Shown piece by piece: positions 56,487 to 64,000 of a stretch of 64,000 nucleotides of DNA; the stretch's first letter is position 1, and every line of letters starts with the position of its first letter. The translations under genes and the position numbers were made by a program. Origin of the DNA: an uncultured Acidimicrobiales bacterium. Lineage in GTDB: Bacteria; Actinomycetota; Acidimicrobiia; Acidimicrobiales; VFJN01. Location: the NCBI GenBank assembly GCA_963759225.1, contig CAVWYL010000036.1, positions 77,786-141,785 on the forward strand, written 5' to 3'. The notes beneath the pieces are model-generated. The model had not been told where the DNA came from, did not search any database, and saw only the letters and a program-made list of their open reading frames with translations.

Positions 56487-57563
56487 CTACACGTTGAAGC
56501 GGAACTCCACGGTGTCGCCGTCGACCACCTCGTAGTCCTTGCCCTCGATGCGGAGCTTGCCCACGTCGCGGGCCTTGGACCACGCACCGATGGCGATCAG
56601 CTCGTCCCAGCCGATGACCTCGGCCCGGATGAAGCCCCGCTCGAAGTCGGTGTGGATGACCCCGGCGCAGCGGGGCGCCTTCCACCCGGCCTTGAACGTC
56701 CAGGCCCGGGACTCCTTCTCGCCGGTGGTGAAGAACGTGCGCAGGCCCAGCAGGTGGTACGCCGAGTGGACGAACCGCAGCAGGGCGCCCTCGCCGAGGC
56801 CGAGGGCCTCCAGCATCTCGCCCCGCTCCTCCAGGGTGAGCAGGGCGGCCTCGGCCTCCAGCTGCACGCACATGCCGAGCACCTCGGCCCTGCCCGCCAG
56901 CTCGGCCTCGACCGGGGCGACCACCGCCGCCATGTCGTCGAGCTGGTCCTCGCCGACGTTGACCACCGCCAGCACCGGCCGGTTGGTGAGCAGGAAGTAC
57001 GGGCGCAGCAGCTCGGCCGCCGCCGGGTCGAGACCCGCCCGGTACAGCGGGACGCCCTCGCCCAGCGCCGCCTCGGCCGCCTCCAGCGCCGCCACCTCGT
57101 CGAGGATGGCCCGGTCGCCCTTGGCCGCCTTGCGCCGCTTCGCCACCTGGCTCTCGACCGACTCCAGGTCGGCGAGCGTCAGCTCCAGCTCGACGACGCG
57201 CAGGTGCTCCAGCGGGTCGGACGGCCCGGGGACGTCGGCGTCGGTGAAGGCGCGCAGCACGTAGACGATGGCGTCCACCTCGCGGATGCTGGCCAGGAAC
57301 CGGTTGCCCAGGCCCTCGCCCTTGCTGGCCCCCTCGACGAGGCCGCCGATGTCGACGAACTGCACCGCGGCCGGCACCACGTTGCGGCTGGCCGACATGG
57401 TGGCGAGCGCGTCGAGCCGGTGGTCGGGGAGCCGCGCCACCCCCACGTTGGGGTCGCGGGTGGCGAACGCGTAGGGCGCGGCCAGCGCGCCCCCGCCCGC
57501 CAGCGCGTTGTACAGGGACGACTTGCCGGCATTGGGGAGACCGACGAACCCGAACCGTTCCAC
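56487..57563 (-). CDS. ychF: Ribosome-binding ATPase YchF
   Basis: ..FGFVGLPNAGKSSLYNAL (G1)..FVDIGGLV..GEGLGNRFL..TFFTTGEKESRAWT..DFERGFIRAEV. The gene is intact. Confidence 0.9.
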   Translation of the reverse strand: MERFGFVGLPNAGKSSLYNALAGGGALAAPYAFATRDPNVGVARLPDHRLDALATMSASRNVVPAAVQFVDIGGLVEGASKGEGLGNRFLASIREVDAIVYVLRAFTDADVPGPSDPLEHLRVVELELTLADLESVESQVAKRRKAAKGDRAILDEVAALEAAEAALGEGVPLYRAGLDPAAAELLRPYFLLTNRPVLAVVNVGEDQLDDMAAVVAPVEAELAGRAEVLGMCVQLEAEAALLTLEERGEMLEALGLGEGALLRFVHSAYHLLGLRTFFTTGEKESRAWTFKAGWKAPRCAGVIHTDFERGFIRAEVIGWDELIAIGAWSKARDVGKLRIEGKDYEVVDGDTVEFRFNV

Positions 57564-57594
57564 CCCGGCAGGCTAGGCCGGTAGCTTGCGAGCC

Positions 57595-58248
57595 ATGGAG
57601 CCGGAGATCGTCGTCCGGGGCACCGCCGAGGCCCGCGCCCTGCCCGACCGGGCCCGCCTGCGGGTCGAGGTCACGGCCGACCACCGCGACCAGGAGCGGG
57701 CGTACCAGGCCCGGGCCGAGATCGCCGCCCGGGTCGACGCCGTGCTGGCCGAGCACGCGCCGGCCGTCGACCGCACGACCGTGGCCGGCCTGCGGGTCCA
57801 GCCCCGGGTCCGGTGGGCCGACGGCCGCGAGCTGCACGAGGGCTGGCGGGCCGGCCGCACCACGCTGGTCGAGCTCGTCGGCCTCGACGCCCTGGGGCCG
57901 ATCATGGCGGGGCTGGTCGAGGCGGGCGCCGCCGTCACCGGGCCCGAGTGGACGCTCGCCCCCACCAACCCCGCCCACGCCGAGGCCCGCCGGGCCGCGG
58001 CCGAGGACGCCCGGCTGCGGGCCACCGCCTACGCCGAGGCGCTGGGGCTCGAGCTGGGGCCGGTGGCGTGGGTGGCGGAGCCCGGCCTCCGCCCGGACGT
58101 GCCCGCCGGCGGACCCCCGGGCGGCGCGATGCGGGCCATGGCCATGGTGTCCCGGGCCGGCGCCGAGGGACCCGAGCCGGCCGAGGACCTGTCCGCCGCC
58201 GAGATGACCGTGGAGGCCGCCGTCGAGGTGGGCTTCCGCCTGCTGTGA
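57595..58248 (+). CDS. SIMPL (DUF541) domain protein
   Basis: MEPEIVVRGTAEARALPDRARLRVEV....AR..A...A...AEALG..LG.V. This matches the SIMPL pattern. Confidence 0.65.
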   Translation: MEPEIVVRGTAEARALPDRARLRVEVTADHRDQERAYQARAEIAARVDAVLAEHAPAVDRTTVAGLRVQPRVRWADGRELHEGWRAGRTTLVELVGLDALGPIMAGLVEAGAAVTGPEWTLAPTNPAHAEARRAAAEDARLRATAYAEALGLELGPVAWVAEPGLRPDVPAGGPPGGAMRAMAMVSRAGAEGPEPAEDLSAAEMTVEAAVEVGFRLL

Positions 58249-58250
58249 CG

Positions 58251-59321
58251 ATGCGCCCCGCCGACGCCCTCGACCGCATCGTCTACCTGCTCGACCGCGT
58301 CCTGGCCGAGGGCCAGAAGGTGCGGGCCTTCGCCCGGGCCCGCGACGTGGTCGAGGCCACCGGCGACGACGAGATCGCCCGCCTCCACGCCGCGGGCAAG
58401 CTGACCGACCTCGCCGGCATCGGGCCGACGACGGCCCGGGTCATCGCCGAGGCGCTCGACGGCGACGTGCCGTCCTACCTGGCGCAGCTGGAGGGCGAGA
58501 CCGTCATCGACCCCGGCGAGGGCGCCGACCTGCGGGCCGCGCTGCGGGGCGACTGCCACACGCACTCGACCTGGTCGGACGGCGGGGCGCCGATCGAGAA
58601 GATGGCCCGCACCGCCATCGCCCTCGGCCACGAGTACATGGTCCTGACCGACCACTCCCCCCGCCTCACGGTGGCCCACGGGCTGAACGAGGAGCGCCTG
58701 CGCCGGCAGCTGGAGGAGGTGCGCCGGCTCAACGGGGAGCTGGCCCCGTTCCGCATCCTCACCGGCATCGAGGTCGACATCCTGGAGGACGGGGCCCTCG
58801 ACCAGACCGAGGAGATGCTGGCCCAGCTGGACGTGGTCGTGGCCAGCGTCCACTCCAAGCTGCGCATGGAGCGGCGCGAGATGACACGGCGCATGGTGAC
58901 GGCGGTGGCCAGCCCGCACGTCGACATCCTGGGGCACTGCACCGGGCGCAAGCTGGTGGGCCGGGGACGGCCGCCGTCGACCTTCGACGCCGAGATCGTG
59001 TTCGCGGCGTGCGCCCAGTTCGACACGGCGCTGGAGATCAACTGCCGGCCCGAGCGCCAGGACCCGCCCGACGAGCTGCTGGCGCTGGCGCTCGACTGGG
59101 ACCTGCGCTTCGCGGTCGACACCGACGCCCACGCCCCCGGCCAGATGGAGTGGCAGGCCTACGGCTGCGACAAGGCGGCCCGCCACGGCGTCGACCCCGA
59201 CCGCATCGTGAACACCATGGCGGCCGACGACCTGGTGGCGTGGGCCGCAGGCGCACGCCTGACCGTTTGTCGTCTCTCACCGCGGATATCCGCGGTGAGA
59301 GACGACAGACAGCGCCCTTGA
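58251..59321 (+). CDS. PHP-domain phosphoesterase with an N-terminal HhH segment (PolX-C-terminal-like)
   Basis: ..LTDLAGIGPTTARVIAEAL..GDCHTHSTWSDG..MVLTDHSP..GIEVDIL..VVASVHS..ILGHCTGR..DTDAH. The last 17 codons are encoded by the 40-bp palindrome. Confidence 0.75.
   Translation: MRPADALDRIVYLLDRVLAEGQKVRAFARARDVVEATGDDEIARLHAAGKLTDLAGIGPTTARVIAEALDGDVPSYLAQLEGETVIDPGEGADLRAALRGDCHTHSTWSDGGAPIEKMARTAIALGHEYMVLTDHSPRLTVAHGLNEERLRRQLEEVRRLNGELAPFRILTGIEVDILEDGALDQTEEMLAQLDVVVASVHSKLRMERREMTRRMVTAVASPHVDILGHCTGRKLVGRGRPPSTFDAEIVFAACAQFDTALEINCRPERQDPPDELLALALDWDLRFAVDTDAHAPGQMEWQAYGCDKAARHGVDPDRIVNTMAADDLVAWAAGARLTVCRLSPRISAVRDDRQRP
59268..59307. repeat. Perfect 40-bp palindrome TGTCGTCTCTCACCGCGGAT|ATCCGCGGTGAGAGACGACA
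   Basis: All 20 base pairs were checked arm against arm. The centre lies between 59287 and 59288. It sits inside the 3' end of the PHP ORF. Confidence 0.95.
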
Positions 59322-59361
59322 CACCCTTGCCTTGACGCCCTTGCGCCCCTAGCCTGGGGGC

Positions 59362-59901
59362 ATGGACCCCGAGGCCCGGAACTACGTGCAGGCGGTGTCG
59401 AGCCGGGTGTCCGAGGGCCTGGCCCGGCGGATCGGCGCGCTGCAGCAGCAGGGACAGCACGCCGCCGCCCTCGGCGACCCCGACGAGATCGCCGCCCGGA
59501 TGCTGGCCACCGTGCCCGAGCCGTCGCCGTGGGCCGAGCTCGGCCCCTACTACAGCACCGCGGGCCTGGCCCGGGTGCTGGGCGGCGTGTCCCGCCAGGC
59601 CATCGAGGAGCGCCGGCGCCGCCGCACCGTGCTGGCCCTGCGCACCGCCGACGACGTGTGGGTCTACCCCGCCTTCCAGCTCGACGACCACAACCGGGTG
59701 GTCCGGGGCCTGGCCGACGTCCTCGACCGCTTCCACCCCCGGGCCCGCGACGACGAGTGGATGGTCGCCTCGTTCCTGGCCGCGGCCCAGCCCGGCCTCG
59801 ACGGCCGGACCGTGGTCGACCACCTGCGGGCCGGCGGCGACCTCGGCCCGGCACTGGCGCTGGCCGACGAGCGCGCGGCCCGCTGGTCGCTGGCGTCGTA
59901 G
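59362..59901 (+). CDS. Xre/MbcA/ParS-type antitoxin (HTH plus a DUF2384-like toxin-binding C-domain)
   Basis: ..YSTAGLARVLGGVSRQAIEERRRRRTVLALRT.DDVWVYPAFQLD.. is the HTH segment. ..FLAAAQPGLDGRTVVDHLRAGGDLGPALALAD resembles the DUF2384 C-domain. It lies directly upstream of a RES-domain gene. Confidence 0.6.
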   Translation: MDPEARNYVQAVSSRVSEGLARRIGALQQQGQHAAALGDPDEIAARMLATVPEPSPWAELGPYYSTAGLARVLGGVSRQAIEERRRRRTVLALRTADDVWVYPAFQLDDHNRVVRGLADVLDRFHPRARDDEWMVASFLAAAQPGLDGRTVVDHLRAGGDLGPALALADERAARWSLAS

Positions 59902-59965
59902 TCTCCACGCCCGGCGGCGGCACGAAGCGATCCGCCCTCCCGCGCCCGGAGATCGACCCGAGGCC

Positions 59966-60616
59966 ATGGTCCAAGACGCCAAGCGCCATCCCGACACCCG
60001 CCAGATCCCGAGCATCGGGTCACCGCCCGACCCCGAGGACCTCGACGGCTTCCCCACCTGGCACGTCCACGCGGGCACCACGCTGTGCCGGGTCACGACG
60101 GTGGGCCTGGGCCCGTGGTGGTTCTCCAGCGACGGCCAGGGGCGCTTCGACCTCGAGCCGCCCCGGGGCACCTGCTACCTCGCCGACGACGAGATCGGGG
60201 CGCTGCTGGAGGTGCTCGGCCCCATCGTCGTCGTCAGCGCCGGCTGGGCCCGCCGCCTCAGCCTCTGGTACCTCGGGCTGCCCGACCAGTGCCGGGCCGC
60301 CGACACCACGGTCCGGGCCTCCCGGGGCTTCGGCGTGACCGCCGAGCTGGCCAGCATGACCCCCTACGACCTGCCCCAGCGGTGGGCGGCCGCCTTCGCC
60401 CGCGCCGGCTACGGGGGCGTGCGCTACCGGGTGCGCCACGACCCGGGGGGCAGCCGGGCGCTGGCCCTGTTCGGCCCGGCCGGCGAGCGGACCCGGTGGC
60501 CGCTCGGCCGCCAGGTGCCCGTCGACGACGACCTGCTGGCCCGCCTGGGGGACGAGACCGGCATCCCGGTGGCGGACGTCCCCCGCGTGACCGACCTGGG
60601 GGAGATCCTCGAATGA
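59966..60616 (+). CDS. RES-domain toxin (NAD+-targeting family)
   Basis: ..WWFSSDGQGRFDL..GTCYLADDEIGALLEVL..GYGGVRYRVRHDPGGSRALALF. The spacing of the Arg, Glu and Ser blocks is typical of RES domains. Confidence 0.65.
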   Translation: MVQDAKRHPDTRQIPSIGSPPDPEDLDGFPTWHVHAGTTLCRVTTVGLGPWWFSSDGQGRFDLEPPRGTCYLADDEIGALLEVLGPIVVVSAGWARRLSLWYLGLPDQCRAADTTVRASRGFGVTAELASMTPYDLPQRWAAAFARAGYGGVRYRVRHDPGGSRALALFGPAGERTRWPLGRQVPVDDDLLARLGDETGIPVADVPRVTDLGEILE

Positions 60617-62676
60617 CCGCACAGGCCCGGCGCGACGACGTCGCCGAGAGCGTGCACGGCGTGACCGTGCCCGACCCCTACCGCTGGCTGGAGGACGGCG
60701 ACGATCCCGCCACCCGGGCGTGGGTCGAGGCCGAGAACGCCCGGACCCGGGCCACCCTCGACGCCCGCCCCGAGCGGGCCGGCCTCGTCGCCCGGTTCAC
60801 CGACCTGTTCTCGGCCGGGACGGCCGGGGCCCCGTCGATCCGGGGCGGGCGCCTGTTCTCGGTCGACCGCTGGGCGGGCCACGAGCAGGCCGTGCTCGTG
60901 GTGCGCGACGCCCACGGCGAGGCGGTCCCGGCCGCCCGCACGCTGCTCGACCCCCACGAGGTCACCGGCGACGCCACCGCCGCCCTCGACTGGTACGCGC
61001 CGTCCAAGGACGGCCGGCTGGTGGCCTACGGCGTGTCCACCGGCGGCGACGAGCGCTCGACGCTGGGCGTCGTCGACGTGGCCACCGGCGAGATCCTGGC
61101 CGACCGCATCCCCCACACCCGGGCGGCGTCGGTCAGCTGGGCGCCCGACGGGTCCGCCTTCGCCTACACCCGCTACCCCGACCCCGCGGTCGTGGGCGAC
61201 GAGGAGGCCAACTACAACCGCACCGTCCGCTGGCACATCCTCGGCGACGACCCGGGCCACGACGAGGTCGTGTTCGCGCACCTGCCCGACAAGACGGCGT
61301 GGCCGTCGGTCGAGCTGTCCCGGGACGGGCGCTGGCTGGTGATCGAGGTGTCGCTCGGCTGGACCCGCACCGACGTCTACCTGATCGACCGCACGACCGG
61401 GGACCGGACCACGGTGATCGAGGGCGTCGACACCGTGTCCTCGTTCACCGTGGTGGGCGACCGGCTCGTCGGCACCACCCTGCTCGACGCCCCCCGGGGA
61501 CGGGTGGTGACGGCACCGCTGGCGTCCCCGACCCCCGACCACTGGCGGACCGTCGTCGCCGAGTCGGACGACGTCGTCGAGGGCGTGGCCGTCACCGCGT
61601 CGTCGCTGCTGGTGGCGACCAGCAGGCGGGCCACCAGCCGCCTCGGTCGGGTCCCGCTGGCGGCGCTCGACGGCGACGCGCCGGTCGTGCCCGAGGACAT
61701 CCCGCTGCCCGAGCCCGGGTCGCTGGCCGGCGTCGCCGGCGACCGGGACAGCGAGACGGCGGTGATCGGCTTCACCTCGTGGGCCCGGCCGTCCGAGCTG
61801 TGGCGCTGGGTCCCCGGCGAGCCGCTGCGCCGGTGGAGCGACCTGCCCTCCCCCGTCGACCCCGCGGCGTACGCGGTGGGCGTCGACCGCTACCCGTCGA
61901 CCGACGGCGCCGAGATCACGCTGTTCACCGTGCGCCGCCGCGACGTCGCACCCGGCCCGGCCACGCCCACGCTGCTCACCGGCTACGGCGGGTTCGCGGT
62001 GTCGATGAGCCCGGCCTACAGCCCGACGGCGGTGGCCGTGGCCGACGACGGCGGCGTCTTCGCCGTCGCCTGCATCCGGGGCGGGTCCGAGGACGGCGAG
62101 GACTGGCACCGGGCCGGCATGCGCGACCGCAAGCAGCAGGTGTTCGACGACTTCGCGGCGGCGGCCGACTGGCTGGTGGCCGAGGGCCGGACCGGGCGCG
62201 ACCGCCTGGCCATCCGGGGCGGCAGCAACGGCGGGCTGCTGGTCGCCACCACGCTGACCCAGCGGCCGGACCTGTGCCGGGCGGCCGTGTGCGCGGTGCC
62301 GCTGACCGACATGGTCCGCTTCCCCCGGTTCCTCATCGCCAAGCTGTGGACGCCGGAGTACGGCGACCCCGAGGTGGCCGAGGAGTTCGCCTGGCTGTGG
62401 GCCTACTCGCCGTACCACCACCTGGTCGAGGGCACCTGCTACCCGGCCACGCTGGTGCTGACCGGCGAGGAGGACAGCCGGGTCGATCCCGCCCACGCCC
62501 GCAAGTTCGGCGCCGCGCTGGCGTGGGCCACGTCGTGCCCCGAGGAGCGGCCGGTGCTGGTGCGGGTCGAGTCCCGGGCCGGGCACGGCCAGGGCAAGCC
62601 GGCCTCCAAGCAGGCCGAGGAGGCCGCCGACGTCCACGCCTTCCTGCGCTGGCAGATCGGCGTGGGCGCCGGGTGA
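60613..62676 (+). CDS. Prolyl oligopeptidase (S9A serine peptidase)
   Basis: MTAQARRDDVAESVHGVTVPDPYRWLED.. opens the beta-propeller. ..GGSNGGLLV is the catalytic Ser motif, followed by ..GEEDSRVDP..AGHG. The gene is 687 aa and intact. Its ATG overlaps the RES stop (ATGA). Confidence 0.85.
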   Translation: MTAQARRDDVAESVHGVTVPDPYRWLEDGDDPATRAWVEAENARTRATLDARPERAGLVARFTDLFSAGTAGAPSIRGGRLFSVDRWAGHEQAVLVVRDAHGEAVPAARTLLDPHEVTGDATAALDWYAPSKDGRLVAYGVSTGGDERSTLGVVDVATGEILADRIPHTRAASVSWAPDGSAFAYTRYPDPAVVGDEEANYNRTVRWHILGDDPGHDEVVFAHLPDKTAWPSVELSRDGRWLVIEVSLGWTRTDVYLIDRTTGDRTTVIEGVDTVSSFTVVGDRLVGTTLLDAPRGRVVTAPLASPTPDHWRTVVAESDDVVEGVAVTASSLLVATSRRATSRLGRVPLAALDGDAPVVPEDIPLPEPGSLAGVAGDRDSETAVIGFTSWARPSELWRWVPGEPLRRWSDLPSPVDPAAYAVGVDRYPSTDGAEITLFTVRRRDVAPGPATPTLLTGYGGFAVSMSPAYSPTAVAVADDGGVFAVACIRGGSEDGEDWHRAGMRDRKQQVFDDFAAAADWLVAEGRTGRDRLAIRGGSNGGLLVATTLTQRPDLCRAAVCAVPLTDMVRFPRFLIAKLWTPEYGDPEVAEEFAWLWAYSPYHHLVEGTCYPATLVLTGEEDSRVDPAHARKFGAALAWATSCPEERPVLVRVESRAGHGQGKPASKQAEEAADVHAFLRWQIGVGAG

Positions 62677-62691
62677 GCGAGCGAAGCGAGC
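62673..62691 (+). repeat. Junction repeat copy D: GTGAGCGAGCGAAGCGAGC
   Basis: The 19 nt are identical to copies A and C. The TGA at 62674-62676 is the oligopeptidase stop. Confidence 0.8.
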
Positions 62692-63630
62692 ACCGGCCCC
62701 GACGTCTTCGCCCGCGTCCGGGACGCCTGCGCCACGGTGGCGGGCGCCGCGGCGTACGTGACGGTGGACGAGGCCGCGGTCGAGGCGCTGGCCTCCACCG
62801 TCTCCCCGGAGGACCCGCCGCTGCTCCCCGAGGAGCGGGCCGCCGGCGACGAGGACGCGGTGGCATCCTCGGTCCTGGCCTGGAACGCCGTGAACTTCGG
62901 GTCGGGCTGGTTCCCCGACCTGCGCAAGCGCCCCGGGCTGTCGGGCGCCCGCACGCTGGCCGCGTGCCTGTCCGACCATGTGGAGCGGGAGGGTCCGCCG
63001 ACCGCCACCTGGCTGTGCCAGGCCGACCCGGCCACGTGCGCGGCGGTGTTCGGCCAGCCCTACCCGGGCCCGGTCGACGACCTGCTGGCCCTGTTCGCCC
63101 GGGCCTGGCGCGAGCTGGGGGCGCTGCTGACCGACCGGTTCGCGGGCTCGGCGGCGGCGCTCGTCCGCTCGGCGGGCGGCTCGGCCGCCGAGCTGGTGTC
63201 GACCCTCGACGCCCTGCCGCTGATGCACGACGTGGCCCAGCACGGCGACGTCGAGGTCCCGCTGTACAAGCGGGCCCAGATCACCGCGTCGCACCTGTCC
63301 CGGGCCACCGGCGGCACCGGCATCGGCGCCTTCGCCGACATCGACCGCCTGACCGCGTTCGCCGACAACCTGGTGCCCCACACCCTGCGGATGGCGGGGG
63401 TGCTGGTCTACGACGACGGGCTCGCCGACCGCATCGAGGGCGGCGACCTGCTGGCGCCCGGGTGCGCCGAGGAGGTCGAGATCCGGGCGTGCGGCGTCCA
63501 CGCCGTCGAGCTGCTGGCCGCCCGCACCGGGCTCACGCCGGCCGCGCTCGACCATCAGCTGTGGCAGCGGGGCCAGGATCCGGCGGTCAAGGCGGTCCCC
63601 CGCCACCGGTGCCGCTGCCCGTACTACTGA
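62673..63630 (+). CDS. Queuosine salvage family protein (DUF2419 / Qng1-like)
   Basis: ..VLAWNAVNFGSGWFP..LYKRAQITASHL..FADNLVPHTLR. The conserved N-terminus (DVFARVRDACATVAG) lies upstream of the first in-frame start, GTG 62737. It becomes in frame with GTG 62673 if one C of CCCC 62697-62700 is dropped. Confidence 0.65.
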
Positions 63631-63660
63631 CCACGGCCGTGGGGAGTAGCGTCCGGCCCG

Positions 63661-64000
63661 TGGGGACGCCGGCACCACCGCTGGTCGAGATCACCGTGGG
63701 CGACGGGGCCGCCGCGTGGGCGGCGATCGGGTTCGACGTCGGCGCGGACGGCACCGCCACCGTCGGCGCGGTGCGGCTGCGCCTGGCCGGTGCGGTCGGC
63801 GGCCGCGGGATCCTCGGGTGGGCGCTGGCACCCGACCTGGCCGACGGCGGCGACATCGACGGCCTGCCCACCGCGGCGGCGAGCGGCCCGGCCCCCGTCC
63901 CCGGGACCCATCCCAACGGGACCACGAGCATCGACCATGTCGTGGCCCTCACCCCCGACCTGGACCGCACGACCGCGGCGCTCGACGACCGCGGCATCGT
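63661..64000 (+). CDS. Glyoxalase-like (VOC superfamily) domain protein, N-terminal part; 3' end lies outside the window
   Basis: From GTG 63661: VGTPAPPLVEITVGDGAAAWAAIGF..THPNGTTSIDHVVALTPDLDRTTAALDDRGI. It is absent from the ORF track because no stop is reached. Confidence 0.5.

Noticed and set aside
60424-63678. Very long antisense ORFs. Examples are 60424..63678 (1084 aa), 32660..36616 (1318 aa), 38607..40583, 1024..2523 and the N-terminal half of 24160..26925.
   Set aside because: Their translations are Arg/Pro/Gly/Ala-rich low-complexity sequence with no recognisable motifs. They lie opposite clearly conserved genes. This is the expected stop-codon scarcity of a genome above 70% GC.

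Overview
This is a 64-kb window of a very GC-rich (about 70-75% by eye) actinobacterial-type chromosome. I found no rRNA, tRNA, CRISPR array, transposase or integrase.

Gene content, left to right:
1. 1-23.1 kb: a Wzx/Wzy-type cell-surface glycan locus. It holds an initiating sugar-phosphate transferase, GT4/GT2/WsaF-like glycosyltransferases, Wzz-, Wzy- and Wzx-like proteins, two DegT aminotransferases, two acetyltransferases, an SDR epimerase/dehydratase and a WbpB-like oxidoreductase. The minus-strand part is headed by a 4.8-kb Tat-secreted protein with four DUF4082 modules.
2. 23.3-42 kb: conserved actinobacterial backbone genes interspersed with small regulons. Backbone genes are gatC-gatA, ligA plus an Rv3015c-like gene, and iscS-mnmA. 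The regulons are an ECF sigma/anti-sigma pair, two TetR units (one with a DHA2 MFS pump) and a 4-PASTA PknB-like kinase.
3. 42-49 kb: a neighbourhood of RDD / SpoIIM-like / DUF58 / MoxR / DUF4350 / DUF4129 / membrane protein.
4. 49-64 kb: housekeeping and accessory genes. These are a methyltransferase, galT, rsmI, DUF192, YjbR, PadR plus a membrane partner, DUF2252, TMEM175, ychF, SIMPL, PHP, a RES-Xre toxin-antitoxin pair coupled to a prolyl oligopeptidase, a Qng1-like queuosine salvage gene, and a VOC fragment.

Main observations:
- About fifty reading-frame breaks sit in about 25 genes whose protein sequence is otherwise well conserved. Most are repaired by removing one base from a short G/C run. 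They are strongly clustered along the window.
- The string GTGAGCGAGCGAAGCGAGCGAA recurs exactly on stop/start junctions of unrelated operons. One copy forms a 67-bp inverted-repeat element.
- A perfect 40-bp palindrome lies inside the 3' end of the PHP gene.
- A 400-nt spacer after pknB is packed with seven hairpins.
- A 2.2-kb islet has lower GC than its surroundings.

Limits: all family assignments come from reading the translations and from memory of family signatures; no searches were run. Frameshift positions are approximate unless a specific run is named.
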